From NCBI GenBank assembly GCA_036172245.1, contig JAYWIR010000035.1, positions 1-64,000 of the forward strand: a stretch of DNA of 64,000 nt. The letters run 5' to 3'. The notes beneath the pieces were generated by a model, which was not told where the DNA came from, made no database searches, and worked only from the letters and a program-made list of their open reading frames with translations. The position numbers and the translations under genes were made by a program. Each line of letters starts with the position of its first letter. Positions within the stretch are counted from its first letter, which is position 1. Positions 11,481-25,285 of this stretch are shown piece after piece. Source of the stretch: Raillietiella orientalis (Eukaryota).

Positions 11481-14400
11481 CAACAAGGAAGGAGCAATTC
11501 AAAAACCAACGGGATTCCAAATCGTTGAGGGGAATTTTCGGGGAACACAAGAACTGCAGCATACTGATTGGAGAGAAGAAGAATGCTTCCGATAATCCGC
11601 ATGTCCTTTTGAGCATCACTTTGCAGAGCACAGGCAGGAAGTTGATCCATGCATGGCTTGAGACTCTCCTCAGTGCACTAGAAAGACTGAGTGACGTCAC
11701 GTCGGCAGCAGCGTATCTCCCCACAACGAATTCCGTAGCCTAGAAACTGAGATCCGTTTTCGCGAAAGGCCAGCTAACCTGTACAGGAACATCGCCAGGG
11801 ACCTCTGCTGGCGCAAACGAGAATCGCCCCGAGGGCGCTCCTGGATGCAGAAACGCGTCTCCCTTCCTTCAACTTCCTAATCCTGAGTGGCACTGTGCGT
11901 GCAAAGGGGAGCTGTGTGTGAAGTCGCTTCCCTCGCCTCCCAGACTTTGGAATCTTCCGTTTTCCGATGCGTCTCGGCGAACCCAACTCGCAACACTAAC
12001 TCAAAGAAGGAAATCTCAACTGCTTTGCATTGGGTCTTCTGCTCCATGTAAACAACACATACAAAGTTCCAAAATCCATTTGTCTCTTCACAAGAAAAAA
12101 AATAATACTTCCCGCTAAACCAGTGTCCCTCCCGAGATTGTTTCTATGAATACCATCACGGGATCCAGGGTACGGATAGCTTAGATAATTTTCAGTCATA
12201 GGCATGCATGCTGAGTGGCCGCTCAGTTTATCACTCGCAAGTGCACACGGAAAGTTTCTTGAAACTTTCCAGACGCTGAAGAATCTCTCACCTTGGGAAT
12301 CCACTGTCCACCTTCCATGTATACATAATCTACACATGAAAAAGAATAGCACAGATAAATACTTGCCATCTCGCATGTATATCTTCCAGCTTCATCTTTC
12401 ACCAAGGACAAAGGAGTGAAAAACGAACTTGGCAAATCCAATTACACAGATCATCTTTGGATTGATCTCTTCACTAGAGTTCTCAGCACTAGAGTCTGCA
12501 GGAGTTTTCCACATTCAGTTCTTCACTACCATGAGTCGAGTTTCCTGAGAGAGCTCGAAAGGAGAAGGTCAAGAAAGGTGAATGGTCTGAGGCGGTTATC
12601 TGCCAAAAAGCAATTTCTAGCTTTCAGAGGCTACAAAGTGGATAGTATTGATCCTGCGTCCACCTGTTTTGCTTCTCGTGTTTGTTGCGGAAGGCTCATC
12701 ATCACCTCTTGCCCATTGTTCTTGATAACCTTTTCAAAAATAACTGCTGAGTGCTCGGATGCTGGTGAACAGTGAATCGGCGCTGTGCCTTCATATCGCG
12801 TCTTCCTTTTGTCAAATCTTATTGATGAGCACTCCTCACTCAATGCATCAGCAGCTGCCACTGGACGCGAATCGCACTTTGTCGGTGCATTGCTGATGTC
12901 GTCGCATTTTTTGAAGGCGATTCTTCTATTGGTGACAGCTCCTTCCAGGGTAAGGTGATGCTTTCGAAAAAATTGTCACCACCACCGAGTTTCATTTCCA
13001 CAGACAGATAGGAATCGTCTCCTTCCATCAATGGCGTTTTTGCAAAACTTCTAACTATGATGCTTAATGAAAGAATGCTTTCTAAGCAGAAAATCTCACG
13101 AGAGTAATAGAAAGAGGAAGTAATCGACCGGATGGATAACGAAGATGCTCTTCAGAAATCGGAAACGCATTACAAAAATGAAAACAATGGCGGATTTCAT
13201 GGTCGTATGCTCCAAAGTGCCCTCAAATGGTAACGCAAAGTCGAATTAATGGGTGCAGCGGTCGCTGAAACTTCTGAAGAGAGCATCATTTCCTCTCCCC
13301 TCAATATGCCTGGAGGTTAACCTTTGTCACCACGTTTGAAATATTTTTCTTTCTGTTTATGAATAAAGTTCCTCATTTTCATCAATGTTCACAGTTTAAA
13401 AAGCAATACATTCCAAAGCGAGGACGATGCACACCTTATTTTTCCGTAATTGATTCAATGTTTGCAATATGTGTTTCTGCCCTGAGGCAAATGCGGACTG
13501 AATTTGCATTTCAATCAGAATTTCTGGGAGTGCTTTCGGTTTGGGAGTTCTGACTACTTCCTTCTTTTTGAGGAATATGCTTCCTTTGACTGCTATGCTA
13601 CCGCAGTTATCTTTATCCCGATAAAAGCTAACGACCATCTAAAGAAATTAGCATAAGCGCGAGCCTTTCTATTGTGGACGTCCATGTACACTCAATTTTA
13701 TCAACGTATAATAATCAGGTGATTGTGGACAGTCAAGCGACCGAAAATCCTTACGGGGAAGGTTTCCACTTCAATGGGCCAAGTTTATTCCACAGTGCGT
13801 GTCTTTTCCTTGTAAAAAAAATGTGGAATTGGATCTGGAATAGAGTGTTAATATCCATAAGGAGTATTGCGATCACAGTTGTTAAAATTCAAGTGTACGT
13901 GGCAGGGTGTCTTCTGAAGATGTTGCGTCTTTATTAAAACAGCAACATAAGGAAAAAATTGTAGATGAACTTCATTGCGAATTCATGGAAATCAGTGGAA
14001 AATTCCAAACTGTTTACCACGGAGGGACAGACGTACACCATGGGTGTGCCGATCTCAATCACGAACGAGCCCGTAAACACCATCCTGGAAACCTTCTGCC
14101 CCGTTCCTGGAAGAATTATCGTCGTAAGGTAGTCCTGGTCCGCGAACGTGAACGTGTCCCTGGTGGACGCTAACACGGAAACCACCAACACAACCAACGT
14201 TGCGAGGAGACACTACATGAAACCCTCCGACAGAAGTTCGCACCGAAGGACATCGTTAGCAACGTGGGGGATTTCAACATCCCGGAATTAATTATCTACT
14301 CCCGGGACGCCGGAGTCAGGGAGGCGTATCGGCGGCTGTTCGAAGACTTCGGACTGCTGTGGAAAACAGCCAGCCACAAGGCGATCGACCAGCTCCTCTA

Positions 14401-14508
14401 CAGCCTTGACATAGGCAACCGCATCCTTGGGTTTCGCTACACTCCCCAACCCTGTGTCCGACCACACGATGATGAGAAACCCTCGTCAAATGAAGCTATG
14501 CATGGAGG
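11172..14508. repeat. Left arm of ~8.2-kb palindrome
   Basis: Reverse complement of 16024-19386. Mirrored ORFs: 11260..11475(-) = 19083..19298(+) and 13934..14197(-) = 16335..16598(+). Confidence 0.95.
13905..14508 (+). mobile_element. L1/Tx1-like endonuclease fragment (palindrome copy)
   Basis: PGRIIVVR...NVSLVDAN and VGDFNIPEL...KAIDQLLYS motifs. Mirror of 16024-16630. Confidence 0.7.
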
Positions 14509-15266
14509 AATTTGGACCTTAGCAATTTGTCCCCTGATATTTCACCTCCGTGTTTTCCGTGGCCCCTTCTGGTTGCATGGCATTAAGTTCTGCATTCCCC
14601 GAGTTGTGCAAAGGTCGTTGAAATTTGAAACCAAAAACAGCACATCCTTGTGTTTTTCTACCAATTCTGTGATGTCGCACGTGACCTCGCCAGCATAATG
14701 CCTGCAGAAGATCTCTGAATAAGGATATCAATAAGCGCAAAACAGACACTCACTTGATGAGCAGCTCAGTAGAGTGCTTAAAGTTTTTATATGTGGCATT
14801 TGTCTTTCAACCACTGTCATTTTGTGGACACTTCGAATGTTTTCGTCCAAACACTCCCAATGCACCCTCATGTGGATATGCACGTACCTGCGAAAGTTCC
14901 ATCTTTTCTTAAGTTACAGGAAGTGGTATCTGTACGAAACAATTCCCGCACCTGTTACAGGAATCTGCTTTCAGCCCATCTGCTGGTCGCAATCAGGGAG
15001 AAACCGTGGCTGCTTGCTGGAACTGTGACGTGCTCATTTACCAAATTTCAAAAACATTCATGAAAACTTGCAGATGCCGCATCTTTGGCAATGGCGTTTG
15101 GAGATTTATGCGCATCTTTGAAGATGGCGACAACAGAGGTTGCATCTTGCGAAAGCGGATCGCGTTTTTAATTGAAAAAAACTTTTGGATGCAGGGAACT
15201 GCCCTGAAATAAAGCTCAAGTGGAAGATCAATGTCGGCTCACGGATTGGAATTCCAAAGTCTTCAG

Positions 15267-16630
15267 CGGCACTCCGTGGTCCACCGTATCGAAAGCCTTC
15301 TCCGTGTCAGTAAAGCTCATTAACAACTTCTCGCCGATATGTCGGCAGAGTCCAAACGTAGCTTATGCACACTTGACATTGTCCGCCATGCGGCGTTCCT
15401 GCACCAAACACGTGTGCACCGGAGAGAACAAATTCGGCATGATCTTCCCTAAGCGGATGGCACAGATCTTCGCAAACCACGTTGCCTCCGAGTTGAGGAT
15501 CGAGATTGGCTTCCATTGGATGATCTGCGTTAGGTCACCTCCTTTTGCCAGCAATCTCATCCTTCTTTCGTAGAAAGATCGGGATAATCGAGTTTGAGAA
15601 AACTATTTTGGTAGGAGTTGCCCAGATGTGTGCGTCGGAAGTGCTCTACGTAGTGAATTAGGAATACTTCCGTGATATCCTCCGACGTGTACTTGGCTCG
15701 AACTTCGTGCCGGATACAGGAAGTATCTGTTGCGAGATTCTTCTTCTTGAGCACGCCGACTTGTCTGTTGATGTTTTGGAAGACGTACCGACTCTCGTCT
15801 TGATGCCAGTACTTCGTGAGGGAGCGTTCTCAGATGTTCAGCTTCCTGTACGCTTCCTGCCTCAATCTCTCGTCAGCGAACTGCATGTTGCAGAAGAGGT
15901 GGACTCTCTGTTTCAAGCTATCCCAGTCGGCGAATCAGCTGATGATGGTCCTGGGAAGAATGGCCTCCATAAGCTGATGGTGGTAGGGAAGGGTTCCGAA
16001 CCAGGTGTGCATGCTGATAAGCGCCTCCATGCATAGCTTCATTTGACGAGGGTTTCTCATCATCGTGTGGTCGGACACAGGGTTGGGGAGTGTAGCGAAA
16101 CCCAAGGATGCGGTTGCCTATGTCAAGGCTGTAGAGGAGCTGGTCGATCGCCTTGTGGCTGGCTGTTTTCCACAGCAGTCCGAAGTCTTCGAACAGCCGC
16201 CGATACGCCTCCCTGACTCCGGCGTCCCGGGAGTAGATAATTAATTCCGGGATGTTGAAATCCCCCACGTTGCTAACGATGTCCTTCGGTGCGAACTTCT
16301 GTCGGAGGGTTTCATGTAGTGTCTCCTCGCAACGTTGGTTGTGTTGGTGGTTTCCGTGTTAGCGTCCACCAGGGACACGTTCACGTTCGCGGACCAGGAC
16401 TACCTTACGACGATAATTCTTCCAGGAACGGGGCAGAAGGTTTCCAGGATGGTGTTTACGGGCTCGTTCGTGATTGAGATCGGCACACCCATGGTGTACG
16501 TCTGTCCCTCGGTGGTAAACAGTTTGGAATTTTCCACTGATTTCCATGAATTCGCAATGAAGTTCATCTACAATTTTTTCCTTATGTTGCTGTTTTAATA
16601 AAGACGCAACATCTTCAGAAGACACCCTGC
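15267..16630 (-). mobile_element. Decayed L1/Tx1-like element (EN plus RT N-terminus), second copy
   Basis: Same GDFN, WKPISILN and EKAFDTVD motifs as 250-1319, extending further 5' into the endonuclease domain. Confidence 0.8.
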
Positions 16631-19386
16631 CACGTACACTTGAATTTTAACAACTGTGATCGCAATACTCCTTATGGATATTAACACTCTATTCCAGATC
16701 CAATTCCACATTTTCTTTTACAAGGAAAAGACACGCACTGTGGAATAAACTTGGCCCATTGAAGTGGAAACCTTCCCCGTAAGGATTTTCGGTCGCTTGA
16801 CTGTCCACAATCACCTGATTATTATACGTTGATAAAATTGAGTGTACATGGACGTCCACAATAGAAAGGCTCGCGCTTATGCTAATTTCTTTAGATGGTC
16901 GTTAGCTTTTATCGGGATAAAGATAACTGCGGTAGCATAGCAGTCAAAGGAAGCATATTCCTCAAAAAGAAGGAAGTAGTCAGAACTCCCAAACCGAAAG
17001 CACTCCCAGAAATTCTGATTGAAATGCAAATTCAGTCCGCATTTGCCTCAGGGCAGAAACACATATTGCAAACATTGAATCAATTACGGAAAAATAAAGG
17101 TGTGCATCGTCCTCGCACGTTTGGAATGTATTGCTTTTTAAACTGTGAACATTGATGAAAATGAGGAACTTTATTCATAAACAGAAAGAAAAATAGTTCG
17201 AACGTGGTGACAAAGGTTAACCTCCAGGCATTTTGAGGGGAGACGAAATGATGCTCTCTTCAGGAGTTTCAGCGACCGCTGCACCCATTAATTCGATTTT
17301 GCGTTACCATTTGAGGGCACTTTGGAGCATACGACCATGAAATCCGCCATTGTTTTCATTTTTGTAATGCGTTTCCGATTTCTGAAGAGCATCTTCGTTA
17401 TCCATCCGGTCGATTACTTCCTCTTTCTATTACTCTCGTGAGATTTTCAGCTCAGAGAGCATTCTATCATTAAGCATCACAGTTAGAAGTTTTGCAAGAA
17501 GCGCTATTGATGGAAGGAGACGATTTCTATCTGTCTGTGGAAATGTAACTCGGTGGTGGTGACAATTTTTTCGAAAGCACCACCTTCCCCTGGAAGGAGC
17601 TGTCCCCAATGGAAGAATCGCCTTCAAAAAATGCGACGACATCAGCAATGCACCGACAAAGTGCGATTCGCGTCCAGTTGCTGCTGCTGATGCATTGAGT
17701 GAGGAGTGCTCATCAATAAGATTTGCTACCTGCAGGGAGAAAGATGCATTCCATGAAAGCACCGTAGATTCCGCATTCGCAACATCCCAGCATCAGCGAT
17801 TTGGTATGCACAAAAAAGTTTGTATCAAGAACTCGATGACCCAGAAGTGGTGGTGAGCCTTCCATGGCTCCGACTTCCCGAAGAAGACGAACAGGTTGGA
17901 CGTGCCAAAGGATGTCTCTCCACTTTGAAGCCTCTGAAAGCTAGAAATTGCTTTTTGGCAGATAACCGCCTCAGACCATTCACCTTTCTTGACCTTCTCC
18001 TTCCGAGCTCTCTCAGGAAACTCGACTCATGGTAGTGAAGAACTGAATGTGGAAAACTCCTGCAGACTCTAGTGCTGAGAACTCTAGTGAAGAGATCAAT
18101 CCAAAGATGATCTGTGTAATTGGATTTGCCAAGTTCGTTTTTCACTCCTTTGTCCTTGGTGAAAGATGATGCTGTAAGATATACATGCGAGATAGCAAGT
18201 ATTTATCTGTGCTATTCTTTTTCATGTGTAGATTATGTATACATGGATGGTGGACAGTGGATTCCCAAGATGAGTGATTGTTCAGCGTCTGGAAAGTTTC
18301 AAGAAACTTTCCGTGTGCACTTGCGAGTGATAAACTGAGCGGCCACTCAGCATGCATGCCTATGACAGAAAATTATCTAAGCTATCCGTAACCTGGATCC
18401 CGTGATGGTATTCATAGAAGCAATCTCGGGAGGGACACTGGTTTAGCGGGAAGTATTATCTTTTTTCTTCTGAGGAGACAAATGGATTTTGTAACTTTGT
18501 GTGTGTTGTTTTCATGGAGCAGAAGACCCAATGCAAAGCAGTTGAGATTTCCTTCTTTGAGTTAGCGTTGCGAGTTGGGTTCGCCGAGACGCATTGGGAA
18601 ACGGAAGATTCCAAAGTCTGGGAGGCGAGGGAACCGACTTCACACACAGCTCCCCTTTGCACGCAGAGTGCCACTCAGGATTAGGGAGATGGAAGGAAGG
18701 GAGACGCGTTTCTGCATCCAGGAGCGCCCTCGGGGCGATTCTCGTTTGCGCCAGCAGAGGTCCCTGGCGATGTTCCTGTACAGGTTAGCTGGCCTTTCGC
18801 GAAAACGGATCTCAGTTTCTAGGCTACGGAATTCGTTGTAAGATACGCTGCTGCCGACGTGACGTCACTCAGTCTTTCTAGTGCACTGAGGAGAGTCTCC
18901 TGCCATGCATGGATCAACTTCCCTGCCTGTGCTCTGCAAAGTGATGCTCAAAAGGACATGCGGATTATCGGAAGCATTCTTCTTCTCTCCAATCAGTATG
19001 CTAAAGTTCTTGTGTTCCCGAAAATTCCCTCAACGATTTGGAATCCCGTTGGAGTTTGAATTGCTCCTTCCTTGTTGCGTAAATGCGCAGCTTGGACGTC
19101 AAGGAATACGCTGAGCGCTGTGAACGGAGCTCGTCGGACGCCACATCGAAAGCGCGCGTTCCTCGTTTCCTCGTGTACCATCATGCACGTTGCACGCGTG
19201 TACGCTTTCGCGCCCGTTCGAAGGAGTGCGCGCACTCCGCCACGAAGGCAACCGCACTTCAGGAAATCGGAATTCGCGAGTGCGTGACTTTGGCGTGAAT
19301 CGGACGTGCACAGCATCAGTTCGGGCAGAATGCGCTTCCCTGAGGCAGTTGGTGTGTGCGTCGCCCTGCCTGCGAAGAAGAAGCGC
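16024..19386. repeat. Right arm of ~8.2-kb palindrome
   Basis: Reverse complement of 11172-14508. The spacer is 14509-16023. Confidence 0.95.
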
Positions 19387-22300
19387 CGAAAGAATTCTAT
19401 TCCCTAAAAGATTTCTATCGCGAATATCGATCTCTTTCCGGTGCCGTTAGTCTGTTGAAATTGTTCGAATGGAAAAGCTGAACCGTAAGCTGACTTTCTA
19501 CCGTTTGAGTTGCATGGAAGAATTCACTTTTACACATGTTAAGGTTACTATGGCCTCTTTTTTCGACGAGCTTCTTGAAGATACGACCCGTCGAATCGGA
19601 AGTACTGAAACTTCAGAACACGAGCGCATGGGGTCACGACTTGGCCAGGAGCTGCAAAGTTTTGACATGCGTAATCAGCTAGAGTAAAAACTGCGTACTC
19701 TGTGCGAACGCGCATGGTTCTGATGGCTGCGAATTTACCTCCCTGGATAATGACTATCTGCTGCAACAGAAAAAAAACAGTGAGGGGGGCTGAGGCTGTG
19801 ACCTGAGAACTTGCGCAGGCGAGAACATTCGGGAAGGCACGATAAGATCCGTGCTGAACGGTTATCGTTGGATACCCAAGACGCAGCTGATACGTCGCAA
19901 CTTGCAAGGAAATGAGAAAACCAAAGAAAAGATTTGCTAGGAATCTCTGCTGTGTAGCCACTCCCCCTTTTTCTCCTATTGCTCGACAAAGTTTGATTCA
20001 TTCTCAAAATTGAACACCCTTCATGCACTGCTGAAGAGTAATTGGTTTCTGGTCAAACGGAAGGGATCTTGGAGAATTTCGAAAACGTAGACTGTTCGTT
20101 CAAATGGTCATATCGGTGGTCGTGAACTCTTGCAGAGCGGAAAGAGCCCAAAAACATCAAAACGAAGCATCACACAAATCGAAGACTTGTTCTGGTCCAT
20201 GTTACCAACGGGGAGCACAAAAACCTTGAGGGAACAGCGAGAGCGGCTTCAAGAGCGAGTCCCATGCGGACATGGGTTGCTTCTGCCACAGGTTGCGTTC
20301 CATGGCCTTTCTGGAATCTTTCGTGGAAATCTGGAAAACTGCAGTTCATTGTTTGTGATTCCGAGAGCACTGCAAGGTCAAAGTTCATAAGTTCCGGAAT
20401 CTTTGGTGATTCCCATTCTTCATACCAGTGAGAGAATGCGCTGAGCAACGATTCGTCTGGTTAGATCCTCGACGAAACTAGCGGCCTAGTTTCGGGCCGG
20501 CAGTTGCTCAGATCGCAGCTTATTCTGCAGATTTCCACTCGAACTCTGCCTTCGAGAGCTGTTACCGCCCCAGCGAGGACTTTTATCCTCAACAGTTTCC
20601 TTCTCACGCTAAGCAACGTGTTTTCGAAATGCTCCCTCAGCTTAGTGGAATCGAAACGCAGTTCGCACTGCTTCTTGAAAAAGGCGATGTCCCTTTGCTT
20701 TGATTTCTTCAGAATGCTTTCTTTTATTCTCAGATCGTCAGATAATGCATTCTTCAATTCTTTTAGGACGAAAGCATTGAGTTCTTGGGATCTGAAACAT
20801 TAGAAAATGTATAAGGACTCAGTGGTGTTCAACTCGATCTTGCAACGGAAGCTAAGACCGGAGTTAGCTTGTAAACTCAAAAGAGGTCAATCTTATTCAT
20901 TTTGGTGTAATTTTGAAGTGGGAAAACTTGGGAAGTCTTCCAGCATGTTGGATATTGACACTAAAACAACTCCTTGCTGAGCTGTATCTACGTAGGATGC
21001 GCAGGTAAGAAAAAAGAAAAAAAGGTGTGCTTTCTGTTTTTGAAAAAAAATACTAGAGTCCCTACAAATCAAGGTTGCAGACACCATAGGAATGATTCCT
21101 GGCATGCTGATTATCCCTATCCCCTCTTTGTTCAGGATTCGCTTTGTCCATTCTTCCTGGGTTCGATTCAAATTTGGATTCATGGAATCGAAATTTGAAT
21201 TTTCCTACTCTTGACATGCGGGCGATTAACAGACGAATGTGAGCTCCAGGAACATCTAATACGAAACGGGAGTGCTGGTCAGGAAGAAGTGGCTCCCGAA
21301 TAAAGAACTGCGGAACCTATTCCATTCCAGCAGAGAAGCAAAAGTCGGTCGATGCGAATGCTCAGGTAGGCAAAGGATATTCCACGAACATCCTATAGCG
21401 TAGATGGTGATGGTTTGTGGTTTGCAAGAAGAAACTCTACATCCCTTTCAGATTCCATATGAATGGTAGTAGCAATAACTATGCGTTTGAAACCAAAGCA
21501 AACATTGCATTCGATTTCCCTAACCCACGATGCTTCCACGCTGTTCCCCCCAGTTCCATCGTTCCAGATGAGCATTGCATGATCTGCCCTACTCTACAGC
21601 ACACTTACCTCCATTGGTCCAAATCAGCCTGTGAAACGAAACGAGCCATCACAACGCTGGCTTTGCATTTCTCTCAGCATGCACATGCAAGCGGAAACCA
21701 ATTCCCTACCATGGTTTCATGATGGCATCGAACGAAACTCTTTCCCGTTTGCCAACGAAACAAAGCACGGAAACGCATTCTTCCCGGTTTTTCCATCGAA
21801 TCAAATGTCCATATAATAATTCGGAGATCTAGCCAAACTCTGCTGTCCATCAACTACAACTTGCATGGGTCGGTTGCGGACCATGGAGGAATTCCCAAAC
21901 AAAGCAGCTTGGACCCACGGCGACGCCCATCAGCTGGACGACTTTCTTCTTTCAGCGACGAGTTCTGACTTCGAGACAAGACCTTACTTCTTGAGGTTTC
22001 AGGAACCTCCTTCACCCAATTGCAGATCTTTCTTCGATGCTCATGGATGAGATCGTGATTCTTGTACGGCAAGGAAAGAAGACATCACATGCATCGAAAA
22101 AAGGCTCCATTTCTGAAGAATATCACACATTTTCGCAGATTCCCTGATGGAACTGCAACCTTACGTCCGCACTCTGCTTTCACAGGATGAGCCTGGAAGC
22201 TAAATAGAAATCGATAGGATTTTCTAAGTAGATGTTTAAAAACAAGGTATGTGAAAATTCTGTATCGTATCCCTCCCTACTCTACACATCCAAAAAAGAA

Positions 22301-24513
22301 GCAATGCAAATGATTGTGTCCCCCTCTATGCATTTGAATCTTGGAATAACAAACATAAACAAAACCGGGAATATGGGAAGACAGTGACAGGAGAAAAAGC
22401 GTTGCAGCACAAATTCGGGGAAGGAGTGGCTGAAAAGAAGGCTACGAATGCATGCGGATCCCCAGCCCATCGCATGCCTCTCGTGCCTGGTGGCTTCATC
22501 CGCGAGCCCCCACCATGAACCAGAGGCTGTTTTGAGAAATGCCCGAATCGGGAGCAGTTTGCTACCGATGCAAGCTGGCTGACGGGCTCGGCAGTTTGCA
22601 CGCCTATCCGAAACGAACGCACAAACGCTCCTCAGAACTGGACGCGTTCAAAGACATCAGTGTGGGCATGTGCGGATGACATTCCCACGAGTCCCTAAGG
22701 TCACGCCTTCCACGAAAACATACGAAACCAGCAAACAAGAGAAATCAGAGAAAAACTGTACCAGAGAAAACGGGGGCAATTCAGGGTTACATTTGAGGAA
22801 AGAAAAGATGACCTTGGTCCGAGTTGACCGTACGGCACCCGCGCATCACGAGTACCTTGTGCCATGTGGTTTCCAGAATGATATGTATTATGGCAGACAG
22901 GGTTTCGATCGTCATGCCCCCACCCTATCACGCACACGATGAGTTTCTTCTTCTTTCATTTCGATGATTGAGGATTTGCATTGTCCCATGCGATGATGGA
23001 ACCGTCGTCGAGTGAAGGCAGCAGAAGAGCGCTTTACCGATCAAAAGGCCATGCTTAAGAGGGAATTCTCACTGCACGCTGTCCATTTCTTAAGGCGATG
23101 CCGTTTACGAAGCGTACGGGAAGTACGCAGGCAGCTTTCGCAGAGGTGGCTCTTTAACGGAGACGTGCCCGGCCACAAGTTTGACGAGATGTCCCAGGAT
23201 GGAAAGGCAGTTGAAAAGTGGCTGTGCTGCCATCTTATGAGAGTGGTGGAATTGGAAATTCCCCCGAATTTCACGCAGGAGTCAAAGAGGAAGAGCCAAG
23301 AGGCAAGCGCAAGAAGCCACATGAGCTCCTCGCTGCTTGCTCATCTGCGCAAAATGGGCGTTATCCGCGACGGTTTACGCTGGGACAAACACCACGCGGC
23401 CGGCCTGTGCAAACGACGGGCCTGACTTCACTTGCCTCCGCCGCGGGAGCAGCTGCAGGCCTCGTGTTGTGACCACGTACCATCTGACCGACGTTCTGTG
23501 TGCGGTACAATGACTGAGCCTTGAATTGGTTCAAGGAAAAGCTGCATTTTGTCTCTCAGCCCGGCTGTCCCTAATCCTTCCCACTCCTCAGACAGAATGG
23601 AAGCTCCGAATCACTCAACTGAGCCTGGAACGCGCATACAGATGGCGGATGATGTTTCGGAATTGGGAACTGCCTACACGAGTTTGATTCACATCGCCGC
23701 CGAACGCGACCAAAACTCTCGGCTGAAAATTCGGATGATTTCCTAGTTCCGCGCTGAGCTCGTTGGTCCCGTTGCGTCGCGATGTAACTGGAAGATGGAA
23801 AAGAGCACGCATGCATACATCACCTTTCCACACGTTTCGTCTTCAGGGCGCTTGCTGATAGGAGTATTTTTTTTTTCGTTTCCACATACACCTTCGTCTG
23901 CTCCTTATCGAACAGCGCATCATCTGTCGAGCAGGATGCATGAACAGTTTCTTGTACGAACCTGTCATATTTGCTCATGATCTCCTCTTCCAAACGCTAA
24001 AATGTCACAATTTTCATATTTATGGCCGTATTTCACATTCGGAAACGTAACACTAATACCTCCTTGGATTTATCTGAAAAAGTATAGATCAATTTGAAAA
24101 ACGTGCTGCTGTCGTTCCGGAATGTTTCGTGCAACCATTTTCGCTTATTGGCTCTGAAAGTTCTCATCTTCTGTCTACGAAGTTCTGGCAATCAGTCACT
24201 CATGCCACTACCCCTTTATCCTTTTACAAAAATTTCCTCATTCATGATCTTCCTGACGGTCCATAAGTCTCATGCTCAACGTGCGCGTGACGTAGGAGAC
24301 TTGGGAGCGACGTCGATGACATTGCTCGAACTCGGAATGTGTAAAGCGAAGTGTTGCAACACTTTCAAACAGTTCGGAAGTTTGCCTCGAATTTCCATTC
24401 GCCGAAAACTTCACGAAGAGCACAAGTGGAACACTTCTGTCTGTAAGTTCTCACAGAAGCAGCATGAGTCGCTCGCAATGCTATTATGTCGATCGAACAT
24501 GGGATGCTGGAAA

Positions 24514-25285
24514 TGTCTTCGCAGATCTTCGACACGTTTCCACGCCACCCGAGGGTGGGTATTTCTTCGAGATAGAGGGTACCCTGGAGGGGTCCACCCC
24601 ATGAATCCAGGAAGGACTCGGGAGTCCGCTCCTCTCACGCCTGGGGAGGGTCCCCGGAAATGGAGATCACGTTCACCCTGGTTCTCTCCGAATGAGAATC
24701 CCGAAAGGAATCTCCTTCCTTATTCTCTCCGGAGGACCCCCGGGGAGTCGACTCCATTATTTCTTCTCTGAAGGGAAACGGGAAAGGATCCACTAGTAGG
24801 AATTTCTTCTCCGGAGGGATCCCCCGCAAGAGATCCGCTCCTGTTTTTACTCCTCTGAAGAGATCCTCGAAGGGACGCTTCCGTAATTCAGAAGGACACA
24901 TCCCCGAAGGGATCGGCTCGCTTCTCTGCACTCTCTGGAGAGGTGGTGGAGACACAGCATCAGTACGACTCCATCAGTACGACTTGGAGGGTCCCCGAGG
25001 ATTGGGGAGGATCCGCCCCTTCATAACCGGAGGGGAGCTCCCACTCCGTGATTCCTGGAAGGACCCGGAGGTCGACTCCCGTTGGTTGCGGCGCTCATCG
25101 GGGTTATCCCGTTTGAGCACCTACCAGTGCCGCACCCGGATGAATGCAGGCCAAGCAGACTTATCTGGCGGGATGAACTCGGAACCCACGACGCACTTCG
25201 TGGATTCCTTTCGGAGTATTCGAACCCACGACGCATGGTGAAACGCGCGAATACCGCCGCAACCACACGATCTCCGACGCGGGCC
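24514..25285 (-). mobile_element. 772-bp solo-LTR-like element, copy A
   Basis: Near-identical inverted copy of 46400-47171. One terminus is TGTCTTCGCAG; the other is altered (GCGGGCC instead of GCGGACA). No TSD found. Confidence 0.7.

Noticed and set aside
21850..22070. Kinase-like LGEGG motif on the minus strand
   Set aside because: Surrounded by stops. No HRD or DFG motifs found.
24590..25080. CRISPR-like array or hammerhead ribozyme in the periodic repeat
   Set aside because: The units are degenerate with no unique spacers, the context is eukaryotic, and I found no CTGATGA...GAAA core with supporting stems.
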